This document shows positions 25,640 through 39,429 of a stretch of DNA of 64,000 bases, piece after piece. Where the stretch lies: positions 2,418,001 to 2,482,000 of the forward strand of contig JAUFOQ010000002.1 in assembly GCA_040285855.1 (NCBI GenBank), written 5' to 3'. The stretch comes from Eukaryota sp. GEM-RC1. Its lineage: Eukaryota. How positions within the stretch are numbered: the first letter of the stretch is position 1; each line of letters begins with the position of its first letter. The notes beneath the pieces were generated by a model. The model saw only the letters and a program-made list of their open reading frames with translations, was not told where the DNA came from and made no database searches. The position numbers and the translations under genes are program-made.

Positions 25640-26056
25640 ATTTATAGAACTGAATTTGACTTCTCCTTTAAACATTTCTGAACAGGCCAAACAGGATAAG
25701 TACAAGAAACCTTTAATGGCTTTAAAACATGTAAAACATGTTGAGTACGAATTATGCCCTTTGCTGTTTCCAATTTACGGACGATTAGGAAAAGTGCACT
25801 GAATTTTTTAAACGACTTCGGAAAAATCGTAAAAAATAGGATGAACAAACGTTTTGATCATATGTTATGGTTGAATCGGATCGTTTTTACTGTTTTTAAA
25901 ACAGTTCCCCTGATCATCTCCAAAGCTTTATTAGCAGTGAGCTCCTTTTATGAGGACAAAGCTGTTGTAAGGTTTGATAGCGACGGGTGTTGTTTTAATG
26001 ATATCAAATATTAGTTGTTTGATCTATTACATTTATAATAAATCTATAAAAAAAAG
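25640..26056 (+). mobile_element. 5'-truncated CRE-like 3' end
   Basis: SPLNISEQAK.DKY..PL.ALKH..VEYELCPF, WLNRIVF..FK.VP; A-run at ~26048; homologous to 18360-18714. Confidence 0.85.
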
Positions 26057-26059
26057 AAT

Positions 26060-26897
26060 TTGACTGCAATCAATAAATGCCGTTTATTAAATGGACTATG
26101 AAAGTCTCCTCGATGAGAATTATTAATTAAATCAAGACCCAACTTTTTTTAAATAAGGAGACAACTATGGTATGAAATCCGTGAGTTTTAACCATGTCAA
26201 AAGCCACTTGTCTGACAGCAGCACAAAGAATATAACAAAAATGAATAATTTTCGGGCAATTTATTACATGTCTAAACGTTGCATTACGACCATCGCTACA
26301 TACACGTTCAGAATAGTCGATCAATTCAACAGGGAACATACCCAAATATAACCGCATATTTAACTTCCAAGCTTCATCAGACAAATGCAAACCCAAAGGA
26401 CATGGTTGCTGAGTAATCAAACAAGTTGAATTCTTAATATTTACGAAATCAGCAAAAACGGGACTATTAATTTTAGTAACATTAAAATGAATTTCGAAAT
26501 CCAGGTTTTTTATAGTGCCTTCAAAAGTTCATTTTGAAGTGTAACCACACACAACGGGAGAGACAACAAAGATTTTAAAGGAAGACTTTGGTAGATGAGA
26601 AGGAAAACAGTTGTTCCTAGTATCCAAATCCAAATTGTCGATAATCGAAACTAAAGAGCTTAGTCGAGTAGAATGAATGAGATGTTCATTGAACAAAAAA
26701 CCATCTCTGGATTTAAATTCAAATAGGAAATTTTTCATTCCACCAATAAACACACTTTTTGTCAAGTATGAGGCGCTTGACAACCCTACACCACCAACGT
26801 TAGCCGACGACAAAGTATGATCAGGAAATTTCGTGTCACTAACCTCTACAAGACCACTAAAGAACTTAGTTCTCAAAGAATTGAATTTTTGGCTCAA
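26060..26897 (-). mobile_element. Degraded CRE-like retrotransposon fragment
   Basis: FNSLRTKF..GGVGL..FIGG.KNFLFEFK, WKLNMRLYLG, TFRHVINC; homologous to 54620-55400. Confidence 0.85.
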
Positions 26898-27813
26898 TCA
26901 ACAGTAAGTCTCGAACATTTTGTTAGAATTGTCTTTAAAAGTTAATGGCAAACTAATTTTGATGTCTAGCTGCATGAAATACAGTGAATTGCGATGTACG
27001 GAACTTGAACTTTGCAGAAATTCATCCAAAGTCTGTGCATGTTGAGGTGAAATCTCTACACTTGACAATGAAACCAAAAGAACTTCCATTCGTGTACCCT
27101 TCACATCTTGTACATTGTCTATAACCTCTCATTATCCGGCACAACTTCTATTTATTTAGATGAATTAATTGTTAACAAATAATCATCTATAGAGTGGTAC
27201 TGATACGATGAGGCCAACTCGATAGTTCTTTGTTTAAACCATATATATGAGGTAGTATGGTAAACTTAAAGTAACGAGATAATTCCAGTACGTGCACTGA
27301 TTAGAGAGTCCCATTTTGAAAATTAAATACATGATCTTTCATTTTGAATAATATGTATAACATACTATGGACTAATAGGTGATGTGTTGGATTATTGTGG
27401 GTGAACAAATGACATTACTTAGTTCATGTCACAAAATTCAAAACCTAGAATCTCGCTCCAATGTACAAGAATGTACATGCTTGTATCTAAGAATTTGTAA
27501 CTTAGAGCTCAGCTTAAGAGACACCAGTGAGTCATTGCCGAATTGATCAATGTTATAGTGTTCTGTACTAAACTAATCAATGATTCATACCAATTTCAGT
27601 ACAATAATTCAGTTAACCAGTAAACTGGCCACATCATACATTGGCATTTCTTCTGGAAAATTGCGATCTTCACACTGAATTTTTGTATGACCGGCAAAGC
27701 AGCTGGATAACACATATAATAACAATCTTTATTTCCAGTAGGTGACGCTGCTTTTGGCACATGGTTTATTTAGAATGATGACAAGAGTAGGGTACAAAAA
27801 CGGGAAAGTTTGT

Positions 27814-30800
27814 TTAGTTATTCAACCATTTAGAAACCTCGTACTGTTTAAGCCTCTGTTTGGCTTTTGTGTATAGCCATTCTAATGCCACTTCAATTGT
27901 CTTTGAAGGTTCCCTAAAACAGTATGTGTAGGTCCTCTTTTGGATTAAGTTTAATGAAGAACGGCCAGCCACTGCTTTGAGAAATAGAAGAGCATCATAC
28001 TCTCCATTCTCAATTGCTTGTTTGAGATGCTTGATTGCACAATTGATATTCTGCTCAAAGAGTCCACTCCAGCGCAAAGCTTCAATGAACTCATTTCAAT
28101 TTGTAGAAACAGACGTTGTACATGGTCTGGATGGCTTAGTCACAAAATAGTCAGTTCTATTAAAAGAATTTCCAAATGACAAACTTTCAGGAGGTTGTAA
28201 TACTGAGAACTTCACTGAGTGCAAAGAGTTGTTAACGTGTAGTGATTGTCTTTGATTAACACCTTGATTAACTCTACGACTTCCATACATTGAAGTAAGA
28301 GTATGAATCCAATACTGCACTAATATACCATGAGTTTGGTTAATGAATTCTATTTCTAACTCATCAAACAAGGATTTAGCTCGAGAAGGACTAGGACTAA
28401 CTGAAATTCCTTGGGCGTAACAGAAAGATAAACAACATTTGATAAAGAACTTATTAACAGGAGCAACAGTTTGGTTGCCATAAATACTGTTTAGAGGTTC
28501 GGTAGGATTGGTCGTTTCGAAAACCTGTGACAATAAATCAAAGAGATTCGTACTTCAGGACCAGTTGAAAAGTGAAAAAACTCGTTCCATTGATTTTCTA
28601 GCTTCACAGCAATATTTCTCAAATTGTTCCATGACGGACTATAATGGTACTCTACGTCATTGCCAAACTGACTGACTCTAACATACCAATCTTTAATCTT
28701 CTGTGCTTCTTCATTAGGTAGAAGCTTTAACAATGGAACAGTCAGCTTGGTTGCAGCAGATTTAAGTGACTCCGATTTCTTTAAAAGATCTGATCTACGC
28801 TTTAGCCATTCTATAAGTTCCTTAGTCACTTCCTCTTTCCAGAAAGAGACGATGGCATTAGGCTCTTGTTCTAAAGGTGACAGCAACTGATAGTACTTGC
28901 CAGCTTCTAAGTAGTTTTGTGAAGTTCCTATGCCCTTCAAGTACAAGAAAGCCAAGAGACTGTAAACTATTTCCCTTGTTTGTTGAGATTGATCAGTCTG
29001 AAGAGAACGAGTGAGAGTGTACACGATGAAGCTAGTATTGGTCAAATAATCGAATAATGTCATTGATGGAGAAAAAGGAACCTTTTTGAGGAAATCAAAT
29101 AGTTGTAAAATTTCCAGTGCTTTGACAACCTGTTTTTCAAGATTAACAACAGAGACATATTTTTGTGATAAGCTTTGGGTAGAAAACTTCTCTTGGGCAA
29201 CATTGAAAGTTCTGTGGATGAAGTTCACACGTAGAGTCAAGTCAGCGGGCACAAATTTGAGCAAACTAGATTTAATAATACGGGAAAAGGGTCTGATGTC
29301 TGAACAACATTTTTTGAAAGTACTGGTTAGATTCTGCTCATGTTGAACTGTGGAGGGTTCTACTGCTCGTCTCCTATAGGAGATCAACTCATTATCTTGA
29401 CTAGGAAAGTGATTAATCAATGACACGTCATCAAGAGCTCTATAAACATTTTCAATAGAGGGAGAACTGGCCAGATTGTGAGCATAACAAAACGCAGTAA
29501 ATAACTTAAGAACTGATTTGTGAATATTATTTGAATTACACTCATTTTTTAAAGTAACATGAGTAAAAGCTCGAGATTTGAAGAAACTCAAAAGATCTTC
29601 AAACCTACTGGTAACTAACTTAATAGAAGACAAAAAGTCCAAATGACGTTGAATTCCTTCCCAAATAACTTGACATTCTGAGAGAAGGGTATTAGAGGGG
29701 TTTAAATCAAGATTCCGGGAATCAATCAAGGAAACACTCTCTCTAAGATGATTGATGTCGTTTTCATTAGGAAGAAGAGCTTTGACAGCCGAGCTCAAAG
29801 AAACTCCTTCCACAAGAGAATGATAGGATTTCGCCAGATCTTGTATCCGTGTTCTAGATGAAATCCAAGAACGCACTTCATTGGTCCAAAACCTTGACAT
29901 AATATTCTTTTCTTTTTCAAATTCTGGAATTTTGCTGTAGTAACTGATAACCTTTCCTTCATTCTTCTCACATCCAATTCCCTTCAAATAACAATAGCTT
30001 AAACAGGCTCTGGAAACATTGAAAGTTGAATTACTTGAAAGTAGTAGACCATCAACTAGTATATAAACCTTAGAAAAGAAGTTTAGAATGCGAGATTCTT
30101 TTAAAGCAGTAAGCCAAATACTGAATGAATCTCGTGAAAGTTCATCCAATAGAAGTCTGACTTTGGTTGGATGCTGATCCACAATGGTTTCACAAGATTT
30201 GAGTGTAGTTAATCTTGACTCTACAACTTCTGATGGTATCAAGGCCTTAACCTTAAGTGGAAGTGAATTGAGCTCTTCTTTGTATTTCAAAAGATTTGAA
30301 TTAGGAAGGTTTTCAGTCTTTTCTGGAGAACAATCACCCACTTCGAACTTCAACAATTCAATTTTAGAACACTGATCACCATGATTGGAGGGAGAAATGA
30401 TTTGTCTCTCATTCACACCATTAGTTAAGGGCTTTTGATCAGTCAATGTGATTCGATTTAAAGAGAGATCTGATTGAATACATGAATTGATTACATTTGG
30501 TCCGCAATCCGCAAATTTCTCGCACTTGCCTTCTTCAGGAGAAATCAGATTAGATGTTTCCAAAGGATCCTTGTTTGGTGTTGAAGTGAGCAGATTCGAT
30601 GGTACTAGTAGTTTTTCACCTGAGATTTTAGTTGGAGGAATCCGTGGTGATGATTTAACACGGGTAGTTGAAAGTTCTTGTTTCTTAGTTGATAATAGGA
30701 ATTCGTGTAAATCGCCTAAATTTTCAATTATTTCATGAATTTTAGGTCGCAGCAGAGGTTCAGTACCTAGTTATGATTCCCTGCAAATTTTTAGGAAAAG

Positions 30801-31634
30801 CCTGATCAAACTTGAAAGATTCCCCCTTGAACTTTGCACCCATCATTCCAGCCATTGTATACCCTGCATAAGCTTCCTTGTTAGAGAGGAGTTCATAAAG
30901 CACTAATCCAAGTGCATAGACATCAATCAAAGGGGTGATAACGTTGTCAAACTGTTCAGGAGCAGCATATTTAGTAGTAAGAGCATGTACTTTACTCACT
31001 GAAGTAGTGGACTCAAGGTTTTTAGAAGTTCCAAAATCAGCTATACGAACACCATCATTGACAAGAAGGATGTTGGCTGGTTTGATGTCCATGTACAATG
31101 GATTTGGAATGGAGAAACCTTACTGCTTGGCACAGCTGCTTGCTGTATCTAATGGTAGTGGGAGAAAGAGAGTTGGGTGTTGGAAGGCAGGAAGAAGCTC
31201 TTTCCATGACGATGCCAATATGTTCATCGAAGTATGAAACACCAAATACTCGAAGGACAGCGGGGTGATTAAGCTGTAGTAGAAGACTTAGCTCCTGTTG
31301 AAGTTTGATTCGTTCTTTCTCAGAGAGTTTGACCATTTTGACCGCAGTTGGAAGATCGAACCACAACGAGGACTAAAACCGCCTTCAGCAATCATCTCTC
31401 CCAATAGTACTTCTTCAGATGGGATTACTGGACAAAGATCTCCATTTTTGCTCCTTGAACTAATTCCCGCAGACCAAAATTGACTTTTCTCTCTGATATG
31501 ACTTGTCGGCGACAAATCGGACAGGTATCGTAGGAAGCAGCACATGAAGAGCAAGTTGTATGGCCATCACTACATATAAGTAGAGGTATACGGCTAGATA
31601 GATTATAGGAAAGACAACAGATGTTACAATTCAT
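27814..31634 (-). pseudogene. RING finger + protein kinase + SEL1-like repeat gene with multiple frameshifts
   Basis: CNICC..ICSDGHTTCSSC...CPIC (RING); IAEGGF, AVK, HPAVLR, DIKPANIL, ADFG, YAAPE, DVYALG; YLKGIG repeats; split over about 6 ORFs. Confidence 0.8.
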
Positions 31635-32095
31635 AGTATCAATGATACTATGATGTATAAGTAGTGCTCTGTAGGAACGAAATTTAAATTGCAAAAATTA
31701 TCGATACGATGCGTGTACTCTTACAGTCATCTTAAAGTACAGTAAAGTTTGAAATTCAAACCGAAGTAGTCTCTGATCTGATGTAAATCGATCTCATTGA
31801 AAGTATGTGATGCTGTACGACATCGTCATATACGGATAATTACAGTAGAATTTGAGTTTTCGATTACTTTTCATGTTGCTGATGATGTTATAGTTTTTAA
31901 TTGTTACATAAAGCACACTGGTAAAGGTCTGCAAAAAAATTACTCTGGTATTTGAAATTTCGACAGTGCAGTAGAAAAATCGTGTTTAACTACTAGTGCC
32001 AAATTGTACGAATAATAACACATGTTTTAGATAGACGATATGATATTTCAATATATTATTCTACAAATGAAAACAAAACAAGCTCAATGTACAAG

Positions 32096-32917
32096 CTATT
32101 CAGCATCTTCCTCTTCTTCTTCCACAGCTTCACTCAACTTCTCCCTAATTTCTTGTCTCTCTTCTTTGGTAATCTTTTCCCCGTCAATCACATGAAGAGA
32201 AGGGATCAATATTGCCAATTCAATACGATCACTAGGACCACTGTCGACCAACGAAATTTCTCGCAATTTTGAAAATTCCTTCAAGAATGCGATACTTTGA
32301 ACATCTTCAATCGGCACACCATCGAGCTTCAAAACCTGTAAATTACTAAGAGACTTCAGATTTTCAAACTCAGTCAATGAAGTGCAACCTGAAAGATCAA
32401 GAAACTCAAGCGCAGATGGAAGAGAAACACTTGAAAGAGTGGGATTTTGAGATAAGTCAGCTCGGACTAAAGAGGAACAGTTGGATAGATCAACTGACTC
32501 TAATAGATTCTGAGCTAGATCTATGGTCTTTAGAGTGGCTGCAGAAAGAGAGAACTTGACCAGTTTGTTAGATCGGAGATTCAGTTCTTCGAGAGCATCA
32601 TGTTGAGAATCGAAGTGGGAAATCAGATTGTTAGAAGCATCAACAGTGTGAAGATGCTTAAATGGTTGCAGATGAAGTGATTCGATGGAGTTTGAGGAGA
32701 GATTTAGCTCACGAAGAAATGTCAAACTGTGGAGGAAGGAAGCATCTGTAAGACTGTTTTTCGAAAGATCAACCTTATAAAGGTGTTTAGGCAGGTCACA
32801 GCCATCTAAAAGAGATTGGTGGAACTCTATACCAGGAGCAATTAGTTGAGTGAAACCATATCCCTTAGTTCCGGGTATGATTGTTAGATTAGAAAGATGT
32901 GATTTGAGAAGATCCAT
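32096..32917 (-). CDS. Leucine-rich repeat protein, LRRC23-like
   Basis: LxxLxLSxN repeats, HLYKVDLSKNSLTD, C-terminal LRR cap (RIELAILIPSLHVIDGEKITKEER) and acidic tail. Confidence 0.75.
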   Translation of the reverse strand: MDLLKSHLSNLTIIPGTKGYGFTQLIAPGIEFHQSLLDGCDLPKHLYKVDLSKNSLTDASFLHSLTFLRELNLSSNSIESLHLQPFKHLHTVDASNNLISHFDSQHDALEELNLRSNKLVKFSLSAATLKTIDLAQNLLESVDLSNCSSLVRADLSQNPTLSSVSLPSALEFLDLSGCTSLTEFENLKSLSNLQVLKLDGVPIEDVQSIAFLKEFSKLREISLVDSGPSDRIELAILIPSLHVIDGEKITKEERQEIREKLSEAVEEEEEDAE

Positions 32918-33019
32918 CAGAACAAAGAAAACAATTTTGTTAAGAAGTTTACTAGTGGTGTTTCCTATATTTCGTTCAATGTTTCAGTATTTGTACACAT
33001 ATGGTTTGTTTTGCTACTT

Positions 33020-33188
33020 TGCAGTAATCGTGTGAATAGAAATCAGAACCGGAAGTTCATTTTTCCGCAGAAAATCTCTGGTAATTGTACGAATTACTGC
33101 AGTAATCGTAACTCTGAGAATTCCAGGAATTTCTGTAGTAATCGTAATTGTAGGAATTCTAGGAATTCCTGATCCAACAGCCCAGTAA
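33020..33188. repeat. Probable single end of a DNA transposon with subterminal repeats
   Basis: Repeated CAGTAATCGT/GTAATCGTAA and GGAATT motifs; partner end not found. Confidence 0.35.
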
Positions 33189-33811
33189 TTGAAAAGTATG
33201 TTCAAGACCATGTCATGGATTGGTATTGTTAATTTTGTTTACGTCTTGAGATTTTATGTATCTTTAAGAGATAAAAGATTTTTGTTTTAAAAAACACAAA
33301 GAAAACTCCACTCATACGAATTGATTCCCAACCGTTTTCTCATCTTAAAACGCAATTATCTGTCTAAATGTTCAACTTTGTGGTATTAATAAAGTAATAA
33401 ATCAATAGGATCCTTGTTTAATTATTGAAAAACTGCTGAAACTATACACTCTCTCAAATTGTTTAATTGAAAGTGCAAACAAGAACGTCTATTATAATCT
33501 GAATCATTTGCTGTAATTCTCTTTAATTGACCTATTCGTAACGCAAGTGAACAATTGATCACCGATTTTGTAGACTTTTGCAATGACCAGAAGCTGAGGT
33601 GGAATTTTGTTCTGTTTCTAATTATAGATTCAAGTACCTTTTGTCTCAATTCCAAATCTACTAGTAAATGTACATATATCCTTATCGTTGCAGAATGTGT
33701 CAGCCATTCTAGAACCAAAAGTGAAGTCTGTTCCCTCCAAAACTCAACGTCCAATACAACTTCTAGATACATTAACAAATGACAATTACAATTTATTAGA
33801 TAAACAAAAAA

Positions 33812-35287
33812 CTAGCGTAGATTGGCATCAAAAGCACGAACAAAAGAAGGAAGCGACAACTCATTATAATCCACAACATCACTCAAATGCGAAAGTCTTT
33901 TGATTATCCGAGATCGTGACATTAGAGCTCCACCATTGGTACCCATTAGCATTGTCTGAAGTCCAAACATTATAGTTCTAGTTTTAAAAGTAGGATGTAA
34001 AACATAAAAGTTCTTGCAATTTCTAAAATATTTGGGCGGTAGAATGCTCAAAAACCATTTAAACCACATGATATCAGGTCTACGTGTCTGATTAATCTCA
34101 GTGGCTACGTAAACAAACTCAAACTCTCCATCGGCATACTTATCCATAAGCCTAATGAAGAACATAATAATCTTGTCCAGTGTAACCCCAATGCTTTCAA
34201 TCTTGGCGAGGTCTAGAGACTTACCAATCAAAAAGAAGATAGGTTTTCCAGAGTAAGTATCGACAGAACCCTTGAATAAAAAGGACAGTGAAGCCACGGC
34301 GGTGAGATCAACTGTTCTAGAAGCACGGACTAGTCTGTTGAAGTCAGCTCGGAATCCATCGTTTTGAGCCTCTTTTTTTGATCTGACTGATCTGCGAGTG
34401 TCGGGGTCAACAGAAAGTGATTCGATTTCCTTAAGGTCGTTTACTTCATCAAAGAGAGAAGACGAAGTAGGGAGAATGCTGTCAACAATAGAAAGAGTTC
34501 TCTCAGCATCTTGGTACTCTCCCCATTCATTTCCTACATCTGCAGGGAGAAGAGGACTAGTAGCGGAAGCTTCCTCTGCTGTACGAGGGAAATAATAGGG
34601 GAGAGTATCAAGAAGAGTTCTGTAGGTATGAGTATAACCAAAGTTTTCTGGAACGTTTAGGATGATTTTACACGGCAATTCCGATTGAGTCTGGATATAA
34701 TGATCAAAGAACTTGCGGATGGAACGTAGAACAATGTGGATAGCATCTTGTTCAGGATAATCTTTGTTCTTAGACCAAATGGGAGTTAAGCAAACAGTAG
34801 AGAAATTATTCTCAATGGCCAGTTCCAAAGACGCCCGGACGCAGCTGTGGAGAGCATTAACAGATGCAGAGTAGTATTTGAAGGCATACCTAGGATCTAC
34901 GCACGCTATAACAGCAGAACATGGCAGGGAAAAGGCTGGAAAGACAGCTGATTCACCAGTTCTCAGGGCTCTAGAGAATATAGTTTCTGAGAGCTGCTCC
35001 CCAGCCACAGACATGATGTGAGAAGCAAATTCTGAAGTCTTGGACTGATGTTCTGGGACTGAGAAAACCAGGCAATCGACATCTAGAAGAGTTGGATCTC
35101 CTAAGTGTATATATAATGTACAATTTAAGTCAGAATTGACAGGGAAAACATGTGTATCAGGTCGGAATGAAGGTAAGTCTTTTTGCCGAGTAGCATCTAC
35201 CTTTTCATCCGCTGTGACAGGCACTTCCACTACAGAGATGGCATGGGACCCATAAGTTGGCAGATCTTTGACGGTTTGAATGTCCAT
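33812..35287 (-). CDS. GDAP2: GDAP2-like protein (Macro domain + CRAL-TRIO/Sec14)
   Basis: FPVNSDLN, GDPTLLDVD, RTGES, PRYAFKYYSASVNALHSC, YP.QDAIHI.LRSIRKF, LPYYFPRT..E, LP.DVGNEWGE, C-terminal YVLHPTF; likely ATG at 35287. Confidence 0.93.
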   Translation of the reverse strand: MDIQTVKDLPTYGSHAISVVEVPVTADEKVDATRQKDLPSFRPDTHVFPVNSDLNCTLYIHLGDPTLLDVDCLVFSVPEHQSKTSEFASHIMSVAGEQLSETIFSRALRTGESAVFPAFSLPCSAVIACVDPRYAFKYYSASVNALHSCVRASLELAIENNFSTVCLTPIWSKNKDYPEQDAIHIVLRSIRKFFDHYIQTQSELPCKIILNVPENFGYTHTYRTLLDTLPYYFPRTAEEASATSPLLPADVGNEWGEYQDAERTLSIVDSILPTSSSLFDEVNDLKEIESLSVDPDTRRSVRSKKEAQNDGFRADFNRLVRASRTVDLTAVASLSFLFKGSVDTYSGKPIFFLIGKSLDLAKIESIGVTLDKIIMFFIRLMDKYADGEFEFVYVATEINQTRRPDIMWFKWFLSILPPKYFRNCKNFYVLHPTFKTRTIMFGLQTMLMGTNGGALMSRSRIIKRLSHLSDVVDYNELSLPSFVRAFDANLR

Positions 35288-35464
35288 ATAAGTGAAGAAA
35301 AATTCAGTTTCCCAAACTGAATGTCCATGTTTGTGTAGTCCAATGTATTTCACTTCAAGTTAATACTCCGAAAGAGGTACAGTACAGGTTCTATACGTTA
35401 TTTTTCATCCAAAATTGTCATTATTATTTTTCATAATCTTAGGTACAGTACTACAATCATCCTC

Positions 35465-35665
35465 ATTTTTGATTTCAAGTTTTGGTTGAATCGTATTGTT
35501 TTTACAATATTTAAAACAATTCCTATCATTATTTCGAGAGCTGTAGTACCTCTCAGTATTTTTTATGAAGAAAAAGCTGTTCTGAGTTTTAATGGCCAAG
35601 ATTGTTGCTTTAATGATATTGAGTTCTAGCATTTGTGTTTATCTTAGTGTTTTTTTTCCATAAAA
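35465..35665 (+). mobile_element. Short 3' fragment of CRE-like retrotransposon
   Basis: TTTGATTTCAAGTTTTGGTTGAATCGTATTG... and 3' UTR TTCTAGCATTTGTGTTTATCTTAGTG match 18553-18750. Confidence 0.85.
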
Positions 35666-36068
35666 AGATCATCCTCATTACTTTTGCAAAATCCTTCCAC
35701 TGGGCTATTTTTTTCTTCATCTCTGGTATCATTCCAAACCTAATGATGGTACGTAAGGTAAAAGTAATCCGCATTTGATTGTGGATCACGTGATTATGTA
35801 TTCAGGGGGCATTATTCTGACTTATATCTCCAGTTACCTCAATGTAGACTTTAGAAAGCTTCATGCATGGTGACTGTGGTCAACAAAAATGATTCGGTCA
35901 CTGATACAGCTGCAATTCTCGTTTACCACAAAATGATAACGATGATACGGTTCAAGACCTTCAGATTGTTAAGAATTTTCAGAGCAACAGTGGTAATGTG
36001 GTAACCAAAATTAATTAATCTCCAGACACAGTTTCCGTTTTTTGTACGTATTAGTAACAAGTTGCTGC

Positions 36069-39000
36069 ATGTCCGAACCTGCTCACAAAATGTGTCGTTC
36101 TAGTGATGACTCTCTTTCAACTACTGGAAGCAATCATTGTGTGTCTCTGTCTGAAACACCGTTCCCCTCTCTTTCCTCTACTCCAGTCCGACTTCAGCAG
36201 ACTTTGGTGGTGTTCATAAACTCCCACTTGCTAAGGCGTCGCATGTTAACTCATTTTGAGGGAAAGACTGGTGTTAGAGCTAGAAGTGTTCCTTTTGTTC
36301 TAAAAGCTCCACATCCATCAATCAAAACAGTAGCCTATGTTAGTCAACGTTTCTTGGATTCTGTTAATCTATCCGTCAAACTGTTCTTTGAGACAAACGT
36401 GTTTTTGGTAGATGTAAAAGAACTTCATACACTCTCCTCAATTGCTTCTCACTTTGGAGCAACGATCAAATCGTTTTCTTTGAGTTCTTATTCTTCTTTT
36501 GAACCTCAAGATATTCTCAGTCATTTACATGTCATTTCAGGTCTGGAAATTTATCCAACTTTGATGGACTTGAATTTTATCACTAACTCTTCCCCTTTCT
36601 TCTTACCATCCCTTAAACAACTTAAAGTTAAGTTGTTTGAAAATTCTGAACACCTTGTAAGCTCTTTGTTCAAGTGTCTTGAGAGTCATTCAAGTATTCA
36701 GGACCTGGAAGTTGAATTTAGAGACGTTGAGATATTTGGATTTGGAGCGGTGTTTTTGAAGAATAACACGTTGAAGAAGGTCACGTTGTCTGGAACTCTA
36801 GGTTCTCGTTATGCTTCAAGTTCTCATGATGCCAGTTTGTTCTCTCTATTCACTTCAATTTCCAGGAATTCGTCAATTAATACTCTTAATATATTTCGCT
36901 TTACACTGACTAATCCCAGTGTTATGATACCTTTGTTTAGTAGCACGACTCTTAGAAGTCTTATACTTGGTACTGAACTGGATTCTTCAACTGACGAAGC
37001 TCTTAGGAATAACTCATCTATTCGAGAAATTACTGTTCAATTTTCTCAGTTAAAAGGGACGAACTGTAATAGTTTAATGTCCATGACTGCTCTCCAGAAA
37101 CTCGAAATTAGGGGTTGTTATTGTGATTTCTCAACAATATTTAAATCTCTTGAGCTTAATTCTTCTTTATTGGAGCTATCAATACACCAATCAAAGAGAC
37201 CTCTGTCAGATCAAGAAGTCCAGGATTTAGTTTCAATGTTGAAGAACAACACTGGACTACTTGTTGTAACTCTGGATGATTCTGTGCTTAATTTCTCTCA
37301 ATCAGTTATCATTATTAAAGGACTGGTAAATAACTCAACATTGAAGAAAGTTGACTTTCCTAATTTACAGTTGACTGTAAGTCAATTGATTCAAATTTTG
37401 AAATAATCTCATGTCTTTCAATAAGGCCAAGTGTTGGTCTTTCCCCATGTCTCGTTGACGTTACTAATGGTGTTTTTTGTTTCTCTTCAGACACCGACGT
37501 AGGAACATTACACTTAAAGACGTCTTATTATTATGCTCGTTTCTGGAGTTGAACGATATCAAAGAGCTTATTATTAATAATTCTCGTTTCCATCCTGCCT
37601 CAATCACTGCTTTCTCTAGCCTAATCAAAGGCAATAAGGCCTTGACTTCTATTGACTTCCGTGATTGTTGGTTGTTTGATGGACAGATTTGCACATTAGT
37701 TGAGTCACTACAGTTTGTTCCTCGTTTAAAGATGATCAATCTTAGACACAATTACTCTCTGTTCCAAAGCTTCTTGCTCATTTTTGAACTCATTTCTACT
37801 GGTAAACTGACACCAAATACCACTCTTCGTTTTGAACTTTTTGATGTTTCATGTGGTTCTATCTGCTGTAACTATATCTCGAACACCAATCTAAAATCGT
37901 TATCAAAAGCGTTATATTCGAATGTTCCAATTAAATACGTTAAATTTAAGCGATTCCGAAATCCAAGTTTCGGGGGAATAGTTGCCCTATTTGAAATTCT
38001 TTCCTTCAACAGGTCATTAATTGAAGTTGATATTGAACCTCATTCAATTGATCTTTCCACTGGTATTATTACTTTTGAAGGAAAGATCTATAACAATGAT
38101 TTGGACTATCTTTTAAAGGCCGTTGAGTCAAATATCCCTATTAAACGTGTTAAATGTAAAGGATTGAGAGAACCAAATCTAGAAGGATTAATAGCTTTGT
38201 ACCAAATTCACTCAATCAACAAATCACTGATTGATCTTAATGTTTCTCCTCATTCTTTTGATATCTCTCTTGGTTCTATTCGTTATGAAGGGGAGATTAG
38301 AAATGCCGATTTAAAGTCGCTATTGAAGGCTTTGAAAACCAATGTTCGAATTAGTCGTGTTGAATGTCGTGACGTGAAACGATTTTTAAGCCTCAAAGAA
38401 ATCTTAATTTTGTTTGAAATTTATTCTATTCAAAAATCTATCATTGATCTTAATATTGCTCCTCACTGTGTTGATTTAGAAAATGGTGTGTTTGCCTTTG
38501 CTCCCAAATGGGATCTTGTCAGTGTAACTGTTGAAGAAATCTTATATTTACAGACTTTTCTGGAGTTGCATAGTATCAAAGAGCTTACTCTTAACAGATG
38601 TAGGTTCTCTGGCAAAACAATCGCTGCGTTGTGTGATTTGATTAGAAGCAATCACGTTTTGACTTCCATTGACTTAAGCCACTGCTCTTTTGGTAAATAC
38701 TTCTGGAATATCCTAAGTACAATTCAGTCTAAGCCTGGTTTAGTCAATTTAAATCTCAGTTACAGTTATATTCAGTTCAAAAATCTTTTGAACATTTTTG
38801 GTCTTTATTCAGCTCACAAATTGACTTCAATTGTTGACGTTACTCCACGCTTACTTGATGTAGGTAATGGTATCATCAAGTTTGGTGCGCCACTTGTAGC
38901 ATCTGAAGCAAATTCCCTTGTCAAATCTTTAAGGTCAAAACTTCCTATAAAACGTGTTGAATGTCCAGGCTTGAAAAACCCTTCCCTCAAGACTCTGTTT

Positions 39001-39429
39001 TCCCTTTATAAGTTTATAGCATCCAAACGTTTACTAGAGATGAGTGTATCTCCTAGTGTTATTGATATTGATCAAGGAATTATTCATTTTGAATATTCAC
39101 CACAACGTTTTTATCGCTCCTGCTCGTGCTCTTGTCGTTATCATCGCAGTAACAATTCTGATTGCGTTACACAGCTGTATCAAATCAACACTAAACGAAT
39201 ATCACAGTTCATCAATTTCTTGAAGAATTATTCTATCAAGAAAGCCATTTTGAATGGATGCTATTTTGAAGACAAAGCTAAGGCAGTAATGATCAAGTTT
39301 TTGAAGAAGAATTCTGGAGAACTTCTTTTACTCTTAAACAATGAACCTGTTGGTTGGATTGATGACGTGTTTGTTCCTATTGACAATGAGGTCAAATGCT
39401 CTTGTGTTCGTGGAAAATGTTACAACTAA
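36069..39429 (+). CDS. RNI-like LRR protein of an expanded family, paralog A (frameshifts near 37400 and 37500)
   Basis: N.SL..L.I / N.TLKKV repeats and repeated VSPHSIDLSxGxI units; the paralog has the extra T missing here at ~37398. Confidence 0.75.

Noticed and set aside
25613..25705. Extended N-termini in the ORF track (PolX; similarly ubiquitin 14940, GDAP2 35353, GcvT 52009, nuclease 49380)
   Set aside because: Run into antisense retroelement or non-conserved sequence, mostly from non-ATG starts; downstream ATGs fit homology.
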